NCBI GenBank assembly: GCA_964016885.1
Contig: OZ024742.1
Location: 163,804,001-163,868,000, forward strand
DNA from: Eledone cirrhosa
Taxonomy: Eukaryota
Reading direction: 5' to 3'
Length of the DNA: 64,000 nt
A program made the position numbers and the translations under genes. The notes beneath the pieces were generated by a model that made no database searches, was not told the origin of the DNA, and was given only the letters and a program-made list of their open reading frames with translations. Shown here piece after piece: positions 1 to 11,300 of this stretch (positions are counted from its first letter, which is position 1; each line of letters starts with the position of its first letter).

Positions 1-450
1 AAATTATCTCTTCCTGATTTTTTTTACAAATTATCTCCCCCTGATTTTTTTTACAAATTATCTCCCCCTGATATTTTTACAAATTATCTCCCCTTGGCTG
101 GCTGGAAATTATCTCCCCTTGGAGGCTGGAATTTATCTCCCATTGGACGGCTAGAAAATACCTCTCCTTGGACGGCTGGAAATTATCTCCCCTTGGACGG
201 CTGGAAATTATCTCCCCTTGGACGGCTGGAAATTATCTCTCCTTGGACGGCTAGAAATTACCTCTCCTTGGACGGCTGAAAATTATCTCCCCTTGGACGG
301 CTGGAAATTATCTCCCCTTGATTTTTGTTACAAATTATCTCCCCCTGATTTTTTTTTACAAATTATCTCCCCCTGATTTTTTTTTACAAATTATCTCCCC
401 CTGATTTTTTTTACAAATCATCTCCCCCTGATTTTTTTACAAATTATCTC

Positions 451-680
451 CCCTTGGCTGGCTGGAAATTATCTCCCCTTGGAGGCTGGAATTTATCTCC
501 CCTTGGACGGCTAGAAATTACCTCTCCTTGGACGGCTAGAAAATATGTCTCCTTGGACGGCTGGAAATTATCTCCCCTTGGACGGCTGGAAATTATCTCC
601 TCTTGGAAGGCTGGAAATTATCTCCCCTTGGGCGGCTAGATATTACCTCCCCTTGGACTACTGGAAATTATCTCCCCTTG
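451..680 (+). repeat. Module P: stereotyped A-run (GGCTGGCTGG / GGAGGCTGGAATTT / CTAGAAATTACCTCTCC / AAATATGTCTCC ...)
   Basis: The same ordered variants recur at ~94, 454, 3783, 4324, 7260, 7826, 8215, 10096, 11193, 11579, 13210, 13645 and onward. They often occur as tandem pairs ~385 bp apart (11193/11579, 28837/29222, 42417/42802). Confidence 0.92.
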
Positions 681-1089
681 ATTTTTTTTACAAATTATCT
701 CCCCCTGATTTTTTTTTACAAATTATCTCCCCCTGATTTTTTTTTACGAATTATCTCCGCCTAATTTTTTTTTAAAAATGATCTCCCCTTGGACGGCTGG
801 AAATTATCTGCCCTTGGACGGCTGGAAATTATCTCCCCTTGGACGGCTAGAAATTACCTCTCCTTGGACGGCTGAAAATTATCTCCCCTTGGACGGCTGC
901 AAATTATCTCCCCTTGATTTTTTTAACAAATTATCTCCCCCTGATTTTTTTTACAAATTATCTCCCCCTGATTTTTTTTACAAATTATCTACGCCTAATT
1001 TTTTTTACAAATTATCTCCCCCTGATTTTTTTTACAAATTATCTCCCCCTGATTTTTTTTTTACAAATTATCTCCCCCCTGATTTTTTT

Positions 1090-1295
1090 TACAATCTCCG
1101 CCTGATTTTTTAAAAAATTATCTTACCTTGGCTGGCGGGAAATTATCTCCCCTTGGACGGCTGGAAATTATATCCCCTTGGAAGGATGGAAATTATCTCC
1201 CCTTGGACGGCTGGAAATTATCTCCCCTTCGACGGCTGGAAATTATCTCCCCTTGGACAGCTGGAAATTATCTGCCCTTGATTTTGTTTTTACAA
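1090..1295 (+). repeat. Module Q: ACAATCTCCGCC / GGCTGGCGGG / GGAAGGATGG / GGACAGCTGG..TCTGCCC / GATTTTGTTTTT
   Basis: Copies at ~1128, 2905, 5025, 9025, 12334, 14320, 16153, 18596, 21699, 23478, 26036, 29736, 32180, 35278, 37056, 39588, 43477, 45310, 47314, 51811, 53883, 57478, 59536. Two subtypes: Q1 (TTATATCCCC) and Q2 (ATTGTCTCC + TTGCACGG). Confidence 0.92.
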
Positions 1296-1519
1296 ATTAT
1301 CTCCCCCTGATTTTTTTTACAAATTATCTCCACCTGATCTTTTAAAAAATTATCTCCCCTTGGACGGCAGTAAATTATCTCTCCTTGGCTGGAAATTATC
1401 TCCCCTTGGATGGCTAGAAATTATCTCTATTTGGACGGCTGGAAATTATCTCCCTTTGATTTTTTTTACAAATTATCTCCCTCTGATTTTTTTACAAATC
1501 TTCCCCTGATTTTTTTTAA

Positions 1520-1784
1520 AAATTATCTCCCCTTGGACGGCTGGAAATTATCTCCCCTTGGACGGCTGGAAATTATCTCCCCTTGGACGGCTAGAAATTA
1601 CCTCTCCTTGGACGACTGAAAATTATCTCCCCTTGGACGGCTGCAAATTATCTCCCCTTGGACGGCTGGAATTTATCTCCCCTTGGAGGGCTGGAAATTA
1701 TCTCCCCTTGGAGGCTAGAAATTACCTCTCCTTGGACGGCTGAAAATTATCTCCCCTTGGACGGCTGGAAATTATCTCCCCTTG
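1520..1784 (+). repeat. Representative type-A run (consensus AAATTATCTCCCCTTGGACGGCTGG, 25 bp)
   Basis: About 10 tandem 24-25-bp units with ordered tail variants (GGCTAG, GACTGA, GGCTGC, GAGGGC, GAGGCTAG). Confidence 0.97.
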
Positions 1785-3300
1785 ATTTTTTTACAAATTA
1801 TCTCCCCCTGATTTTTTTTTACAAATTATCCCCCCTGATTTTTTTTTACAAATTATCTCCCCCTGATTTTTTTTTACAAATTATCACCCCCTGATTTTTA
1901 TTTACAAATTATCTTCCCCTGATTTTTTTTACAAATTATCTCCCTGAATTTTTACCAATTATCTCCCCATGATTTTTTTACAAATTATCTCCCCTGATTT
2001 TTTTACAAATTATCTCCGCCTGATTTTTTTAAAAATTATCTTCCCTTGGCTGGCAGGAAATTATCTCCCCTTGGACGGCTGGAAATTATCTACCCTTGCA
2101 CGGCTGGAAATTATCTCCCCTTGGACGGCTAGAAATTACCTCTCCTTGGACGGCTGAAAATTATCTCCCCTTGGACGGCTGGAAATTATCTCCCCTTGGC
2201 TGGAAATTATCTCCCCTTGGACGGCTAGAAATTATCTCTCTTTGGACGGCTGGAAATTATCTCCCCTTGATTTTTATTACAAATTATCTCCCCCTGATTT
2301 TTTAAAAAAAAATTATCTCCCCTTCGCTGGCTGGAAATTATCTTCCCTTGGACGGCTGGAAATTATCTCCCCTTGATTTTTTTACAAATTATCTCCCCCT
2401 GATTTTTTTTACAAATATTCTCCCCCTGATTTTTTTTTACAAATTATCTCCCTCTGATTTTTTTTTACAAATTATCTCCGCCTGATTTTTTTAAAAAAAT
2501 TATCTCCCCTTGGACGGCTGGAAATTATCTCCCCTTGGACGGCTGGAAATTATCTCCCCTTGGACGGCTAGAAATTACCTCTCCTTGGACGGCTGAAAAT
2601 TATCTCCCCTTGGACGGCTGCAAATTATCTCCCCTTGATTTTTTTTACAAATTATCTCCCCCTGATTTTTTTTTACAAATTATCTCCTCCTGATTTTTTT
2701 TTACAAATTATCTACCCCTGATTTTTTTTACAAATTATCTCCCCCTGATTTTTTTTTACAAATTATCTCCCCCTGATTTTTTTTTACAAATTATCTCCCC
2801 CTGATTTTTTTTCTACAAATTATCTCCCCCTGATTTTTTTACAAATTATCTCCCCCTGATTTTTTTTACAATCTCCGCCTGATTATTTTAAAAATTATCT
2901 TCCCTTGGCTGGCGGGAAATTATCTCCCCTTGGACGGCTGGAAATTATCTCCCCTTGGAAGGATGGAAATTGTCTCCCCTTGGACGGCTGGAAATTATCT
3001 CCCCTTGCACGGCTGGAAATTATCTCCCCTTGGACAGCTGGAAATTATCTGCCCTTGATTTTGTTTTTACAAATTATCTCCCCCTGATTTTTTTTACAAA
3101 TTATCTCCACCTGATTTTTTAAAAAATTATCTCCCCTTGGACGGCTGGAAATTATCTCCCCTTGATTTTTTTTACAAATTATCTCCCCCTGATTTTTTTT
3201 TACAAATTATCTCCCCCTGATTTTTTTTTACAAATTATCTTCGCCTGATTTTTTTAAAAAATTATCTCTCCTTGGACGGCTGGATATTATCTCCCCTTTC

Positions 3301-3530
3301 ATTTTTTTTACAAATTATCTCCCCCTGATTTTTTTTTACAAATTATCTCCCCCTGATTTTTTTTTACAAATTATCTACCCCTGATTTTTTTTTACAAATT
3401 ATCTCCCCCTGATTTTTTTTACAAATTATCTCCCCCTGATTTTTTTTTTACAAATTATCTCCCCCTGATTTTTTTACAAATTATCTCCCCCTGATTTTTT
3501 TTACAAATTATCTCCGCCTGATTTTTTTAA
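3301..3530 (+). repeat. Representative type-B run (consensus AAATTATCTCCCCCTGA-Tn-AC, n=7-10)
   Basis: Tandem 26-29-bp units differing mainly in T-tract length. The run ends in CCGCCTGA-T7-AAAT. Confidence 0.97.
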
Positions 3531-6500
3531 ATATTATCTTCCCTTGGCTGGCGGGAAATAATCTCCGCTTGGACGGCTGAAAATTATCTCCCCTTGGACG
3601 GCTGGAAATTATCTCCCCTTGATTTTTTTTACAAATTATCTCCCCCTAATTTTTTTTTACAAATTATCTCCCGTGATTTTTTTTTACAAATTATCTCCCC
3701 CTGATTTTTTTTTACAAATTATCTCCCCCTGATTTTTTTTACAAATTATCTCCCCATGATTTTTTTACAAATTATCTCCCCTTGGCTGGCTGGAAATTAT
3801 CTCCCCTTGGAGGCTGGAATTAATCTCCCCTTGGACGGCTAGAAATTACCTCTCCTTGGACGGCTGGAAAATATGTCTCCTTGGACGGCTGGATATTATC
3901 TACCCTTGGACGGCTGGAAATTATCTCCCCTTGGACGACTGGAAATTATCTCCCCTTGGACGGCTAGATATTACCTCCCCTTGGACGGCTGGAAATTATC
4001 TCGCCTTGATTTTCTTTACAAATTATCTCCCCCTGATTTTTTTTACAAATTATCTCCCCCTGATTTTTTTACAAATTATCTCCCCCTGATTTTTTTTACA
4101 AATTATCTCCGCCTAATTTTTTTAAATATTATCTTACCTTGGCTGGCTGAAAATTATCTCCCCTTGGACGGCTGGAAATTATCTCCTCTTGATTTTTGTT
4201 ACAAATTATCTCCCCCTGATTTTTTTTTACAAATTATCTCCCACTGATTTTTTTTTACAAATTATCTCCCCTGATATTTTTTACAAATTATCTCCCCCTG
4301 ATTTTTTTACAAATTATCTCCCCTTGGCTGGCTGGAAATTATCTCCCCTTGGAGGCTGGAATTTATCTCCCCTTGGACGGCTAGAAATTACCTCTCCTTG
4401 GACGGCTAGAAAATATGTCTCCTTGGACGGCTGGAAATTATCTCCCCTTGGACGGCTGGAAATTATCTCCTCTTGGACGGCTGGAAATTATCTCCCCTTG
4501 GGCGGCTAGATATTACCTCCCCTTGGACTACTGGAAATTATCTCCCCTTGATTTTTTTTACCAATTATCTCCCCCTGATTTTTTTTTACAAATTATCTCC
4601 CCCTGATTTTTTTACGAATTATCTCCGCCTAATTTTTTTTAAAAAATGATCTCCCCTTGGACGGCTGGAAATTATCTGCCCTTGGACGGCTGGAAATTAT
4701 CTCCCCTTGGACGGCTAGAAATTACCTCTCCTTGGACGGCTGAAAATTATCTCCCCTTGGCCGGCTGCAAATTATCTCCCCTTGATTTTTTTAACAAATT
4801 ATCTCCCCCTGATTTTTTTTACAAATTATCTCCCCCTGATTTTTTTTACAAATTATCTACGCCTAATTTTTTTTACAAATTATCTCCCCCTGATTTTTTT
4901 TTACAAATTATCTCCCCCTGATTTTTTTTTACAAATTATCTCCCCCTGATTTTTTTTTTACAAATTATCTCCCCCCTGATTTTTTTTACAATCTCCGCCT
5001 GATTTTTTAAAAAATTATCTTCCCTTGGCTGGCGGGAAATTATCTCCCCTTGGACGGCTGGAAATTATATCCCCTTGGAAGGATGGAAATTATCTCCCCT
5101 TGGACGGCTGGAAATTATCTCCCCTTGGACGGCTGGAAATTATCTCCCCTTGGACAGCTGGAAATTATCTGCCCTTGATTTTGTTTTTACAAATTATCTC
5201 CCCCTGATTTTTTTTACAAATTATCTCCACCTGATTTTTTTAAAAATTATCTCCCCTTGGACGGCAGTAAATTATCTCTCCTTGGCTGGAAATTATCTCC
5301 CCTTGGACGGCTAGAAATTATCTCTATTTGGACGGCTGGAAATTATCTCCCTTTGATTTTTTTTACAAATTATCTCCCTCTGATTTTTTTACAAATCTCC
5401 CCCTGATTTTTTTTTACAAATTATCTCCCCCTGATTTTTTTTTTACAAATTATCTCCGCCTGATTTTTTTTAAAAATTATCTCCCCTTGGACGGCTGGAA
5501 ATTATCTCCCCTTGGACGGCTGGAAATTATCTCCCCTTGGACGGCTAGAAATTACCTCTCCTTGGACGACTGAAAATTATCTCCCCTTGGACGGCTGCAA
5601 ATTATCTCCCCTTGGACGGCTGGAAATTATCTCCCCTTGGACGGCTGGAAATTATCTCCCCTTGGAGGCTAGAAATTACCTCTCCTTGGACGGCTGAAAA
5701 TTATCTCCCCTTGGACGGCTGGAAATTATCTCCCCTTGATTTTTTTACAAATTATCTCCCCCTGATTTTTTTTTACAAATTATCTCCCCCTGATTTTTTT
5801 TTACAAATTATCTCCCCCTGATTTTTTTTTACAAATTATCTTCCCCTGATTTTTTTTTACAAATTATCTTCCCTTGGCTGGCGGGAAATTATCTCCCCTT
5901 GGACGACTGGAAATTATCTACCCTTGCACGGCTGGAAATTATCTCCCCTTGGACGGCTAGAAATTACCTCTCCTTGGACGGCTGAAAATTATCTCCCCTT
6001 GGACGGCTGGAAATTATCTCCCCTTGGCTGGAAATTATCTCCCCTTGGACGGCTAGAAATTATCTCTCTTTGGACGGCTGGAAATTATCTCCCCTTGATT
6101 TTTATTACAAATTATCTCCCCCTGATTTTTAAAAAAAAAATTATCTCCCCTTCGCTGGCTGGAAATTATCTTCCCTTGGACGGCTGGAAATTATCTCCCC
6201 TTGATTTTTTTACAAATTATCTCCCCCTGATTTTTTTTACAAATATTCTCCCCCTGATTTTTTTTTACAAATTATCTCCCTCTGATTTTTTTTTACAAAT
6301 TATCTACGCCTGATTTTTTTAAAAAAATTGTCTCCCCTTGGACGGCTGGAAATTATCTCCCCTTGGACGGCTGGAAATTATCTCCCCTTGGACGGCTAGA
6401 TATTACCTCTCCTTGGACGGCTGAAAATTATCTCCCCTTGGACGGCTGCAAATTATCTCCCCTTGATTTTTTTTACAAATTATCTCCTCCTGATTTTTTT

Positions 6501-8355
6501 TTACAAATTATCTCCCCCTGATTTTTTTTACAAATTATCTCCACCTGATTTTTTAAAAAATTATCTCCCCTTGGACGGCTGGAAATTATCTCCCCTTGGA
6601 CGGCTAGAAATTATCTCTCTTTGGACGGCTGGAAATTAACTCCCCTTGGACACTGGAAATTATAGCCCCTTGGAGGGCTGGAAATTATCTTCCCTTGGAC
6701 GGCTGGAAATTATCTCCCCTTGATTTTTTTTACAAATTATCTCCCCCTGATTTTTTTTTACAAATTATCTCCCCCTGATTTTTTTTTACAAATTATCTCC
6801 GCCTGATTTTTTTTTTAAAAAATCTCTCCTTGGACGGCTGGAAATTATCTCCACTTGATTTTTTTTACAAATCATCTCCCCCTGATTTTTTTTTACAAAT
6901 TATCTCCCCCTGATTTTTTTTTACAAATTATCTCCCCCTGATTTTTTTTACAAATTATCTCCCCCTGATTTTTTTTACAAATTATCTCCCCCTGATTTTT
7001 TTACAAATTATCTCCCCCTGATTTTTTTTACAAATTATCTCCGCCTAATTTTTTTAAATATTATCTCCCCTTGGACGGCTGGAAATTATCTCCCCTTAAT
7101 TTTTTTTACAAATTATCTCCCCCTGATTTTTTTTTACAAATTATCTCCCCCTGATTTTTTTTTACAAATTATCTTCCCCTGATTTTTTTTTACAAATTAC
7201 CTCCCCCTGATTTTTTTTACAAATTATCTCCCCATGATTTTTTTACAAATTATCTCCCCTTGGCTGGCTGGAAATTATCTCCCCTTGGAGGCTGGAATTT
7301 ATCTCCCCTTGGACGGCTAGAAATTACCTCTCCTTGGACGGCTGGAAAATATGTCTCCTTGGACGGCTGGATATTATCTACCCTTGGACGGCTGGAAATT
7401 ATCTCCCCTTGGACGGCTGGAAATTATCTCCCCTTGGACGGCTAGATATTACCTCCCCTTGGACGGCTGGAAATTATCTCCCCTTGATTTTTTTTACAAA
7501 TTATCTCCCCCTGATTTTTTTTACAAATTATCTCCCCCTGATTTTTTTACAAATTATCTCCCCCTGATTTTTCTACAAATTATCTCCGCCTAATTTTTTT
7601 AAATATTATCTTACCTTGGCTGGCGGGAAATTATCTCCCCTTGGACGGCTGAAAATTATCTCCCCTTGGACGGCTGGAAATTATCTCCCCTTGATTTTTT
7701 TACAAATTATCTCCCACTGATTATTTTTTACAAATTATCTCCCCCTGATTTTTTTTTACAAATTATCTCCCCGTGATTTTTTTTACAAATTATCTCCCCC
7801 TGATTTTTTTACAAATTATCTCCCCTTGGCTGGCTGGAAATTATCTCCCCTTGGAGGCTGGAATTTATCACCCCTTGGACGGTTAGAAATTACCTCTCCT
7901 TGGACGGCTGGAAAATATGTCTCCTTGGACGGCTGGAAATTATCTCCCCTTGGACGGCTGGAAATTATCTCCCCTTGGACGGCTGGAAATTATCTCTCCT
8001 CGGACGGCTAGAAATTACCTCTCCTTGGACGGCTGAAAATTATCTCCCCTTGGACGGCTGGAAATTATCTCCCCTTGATTTTTTTTTACAAATTATCTCC
8101 CCCTGATTTTTTTTTACAAATTATCTCCCCCTGATTTTTTTTTACAAATTATCTCCCCCTGATATTTTTTACAAATTATCTCCCCCTGATTTTTTTACAA
8201 ATTATCTCCCCTTGGCTGGCTGAAAATTATCTCCCCTTGGAGGCTGGAATTTATCTCCCCTTGGACGGCTAGAAATTACCTCGCCTTGGACGGCTGGAAA
8301 ATATGTCTCCTTGGACGGCTGGAAATTATCTCCCCTTGGACGGCTGGAAATTATC

Positions 8356-11300
8356 TCCCCTTGGACGGCTAGATATTACCTCCCCTTGGACGGCTGGAAA
8401 TTATCTCCCCTTGATTTTTTTTTACAAATTATCTCCCCCTGATTTTTTTTTACAAATTATCTCCCCCTGATTTTTTTTTACGAATTATCTCCCCCTGATT
8501 TTTTTTACAGATTATCTCCGCCTGATTTTTTTAAAAAAATTATCTCCCCTTGGACGGCTGGAAATTATCTCCCCTTGATTTTTTTACAAATTATCTCCCC
8601 CTGATTTTTTTTTACAAATTATCTCCCCCTGATTTTTTTTTACAAATTATCTACCCCTGATTTTTTTTTACAAATTATCTCCCCCTGATTTTTTTTACAA
8701 ATTATCTCCCCCTGATTTTTTTTACAAATTATCTTCGCCTGATTTTTTTAAAAAAATTATCTCCCCTTGGACGGCTGGAAATTATCTCCCCTTGGACGGC
8801 TGGAAATTATCTCCCCTTGGACGGCTAGAAATTACCTCTACTTGGACGGCTGAAAATTATCTCCCCTTAGACGGCTGCAAATTATCTCCCCTTGATTTTT
8901 TTTACAAATTATCTCCCCCTGATTTTTTTTTACAAATTATCTCCCCTTGATTTTTTTTCTACAAATTATCTCCCCCTGATTTTTTTTACAATCTCCGCCT
9001 GATTTTTTAAAAAATTATCTTCCCTTGGCTGGCGGGAAATTATCTCCCCTTGGACGGCTGGAAATTATCTCCCCTTGGAAGGATGGAAATTATCTCCCCT
9101 TGGACGGCTGGAAATTATCTCCCCTTGCACGGCTGGAAATTATCTCCCCTTGGACAGCTGGAAATTATCTGCCCTTGATTTTGTTTTTACAAATTATCTC
9201 CCCCTGATTTTTTTTACAAATTATCTCCACCTGATTTTTTAAAAAATTATCTCCCCTTGGACGGCTGGAAATTATCTCCCCTTGGCTGGAAATTATCTCT
9301 CCTTGGACGGCTGGAAATTATCTCCCTTTGATTTTTTTTACAAATTATCTCCCTCTGATTTTTTTTACAAATTTCCCCCTGATTTAAAAAAAAAAATTAT
9401 CTCCCCTTCGCTGGCTGGAAATTATCTCCCCTTGGACACTGGAAATTATAGCCCCTTGGAGGGCTGGAAATTATCTTCCCTTGGACGGCTGGAAATTATC
9501 TCCCCTTGATTTTTTTTACAAATTATCTCCCCCTGATTTTTTTTTACAAATTATCTCCCCCTGATTTTTTTTTACAAATTATCTCCGCCTGATTTTTTTT
9601 TTTAAATTATCTCTCCTTGGACGGCTGGAAATTATCTCCCCTTGATTTTTTTTACAAATTATCTCCCTCTGATTTTTTTTTACAAATTATCTCCCCCTGA
9701 TTTTTTTTTACAAATTATCTACCCCTGATTTTTTTTTACAAATTATCTCCCCCTGATTTTTTTTACAAATTATCTCCCCCTGATTTTTTTTACAAATTAT
9801 CTCCCCCTGATTTTTTTACAAATTATCTCCCCCTGATTTTTTTTACAAATTATCTCCGCCTAATTTTTTTAAATATTATCTTCCCTTGGCTGGCGGGAAA
9901 TTATCTCCCCTTGGACAGATGAAAATTATCTCCCCTTGGACGGCTGGAAATTATCTCCCCTTGATTTTTTTACAAATTATCACCCCCTGATTATTTTTTA
10001 CAAATTATCTCCCCCTGATTTTTTTTTACAAATTATCTCCCCCTGATTTTTTTTACAAATTATCTCCCCCTGATTTTTTTACAAATTATCTCCCCTTGGC
10101 TGGCTGGAAATTATCTCCCCTTGGAGGCTGGAATTTATCACCCCTTGGACGGTTAGAAATTACCTCTCCTTGGACGGCTGGAAAATATGTCTCCTTGGAC
10201 GGCTGGAAATTATCTCCCCTTGGACGGCTGGAAATTATCTCTCCTCGGACGGCTAGAAATTACCTCTCCTTGGACGGCTGAAAATTATCTCCCCTTGGAC
10301 AGCTGGAAATTATCTGCCCTTGATTTTGTTTTTACAAATTATCTCCCCCTGATTTTTTTTACAAATTATATCCACCTGATTTTTTAAAAAATTATCTCCC
10401 CTTGGACGGCTGGAAATTATCTCCCCTTGGACGGCTAGAAATTATCTCTCTTTGGACGGCTGGAAATTATCTCCCTTTGATTTTTTTTACAAATTATCTC
10501 CCTCTGATTTTTTTTACAAATTTCCCCCTGATTTTTTTAAAAAAATTATCTCCCCTTCGCTGGCTGGAAATTATCTCCCCTTGGACACTGGAAATTATAG
10601 CCCCTTGGAGGGCTGGAAATTATCTTCCCTTGGACGGCTGGAAATTATCTCCCCTTGATTTTTTTTACAAATTATCTTCCCCTGATTTTTTTTTACAAAT
10701 TATCTCCCCCTGATTTTTTTTTACAAATTATCTCCGCCTGATTTTTTTTTAAAATTATCTCTCCTTGGACGGCTGGAAATTATCTCCCCTTGATTTTTTT
10801 TACATATCATCTCCCCCTGATTTTTTTTTACAAATTATCTCCCCCTGATTTTTTTTTACAAATTATCTACCCCTGATTTTTTTTTACATATTATCTCCCC
10901 CTGATTTTTTTTACAAATTATCTCCCCCTGATTTTTTTTACAAATTATCTCCACCTGATTTTTTTACAAATTATCTCCCCCTGATTTTTTTTACAAATTA
11001 TCTCCGCCTAATTTTTTTAAATATTATCTCCCCTTGGACGGCTGAAAATTATCTCCCCTTGGACGGCTGGAAATTATCTCCCCTTGATTTTTTTACAAAT
11101 TATCTCCCCCTGATTATTTTTTACAAATTATCTCCCCCTGATTTTTTTTTACAAATTATCTCCCCCTGTTTTTTTTTACAAATTATCTCCCCTTGGCTGG
11201 CTGGAAATTATCTCCCCTTGGAGGCTGGAATTTATCTCCCCTTGGACGGTTAGAAATTACCTCTCCTTGGACGGCTGGAAAATATGTCTCCTTGGACGGC

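Larger units (their letters stand above)
1128..5024 (+). repeat. One ~3.9-kb higher-order repeat unit (Q1 to next Q1); family spacing mostly 3.1-4.3 kb
   Basis: The rare marker GGACGGCAGTAAATT occurs at ~1365, 5262, 14557, 18833, 21936, 26273, 32417, 35514, 39824, 43714, 47551, 54120 and 59773. Confidence 0.88.
1..8355 (+). repeat. Macro-repeat copy 0 (distal part only)
   Basis: Colinear with ~21170-29360 at offsets 20571-20601 (778/21350, 2905/23478, 3856/24457), then 21010-21011 (4646/25657, 5924/26935, 7826/28837). Shares rare variants GGATGGCTAG, GGCAGGAAA, TCGCCTTGATTTTCTTT and TTACCAATT. Confidence 0.88.
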
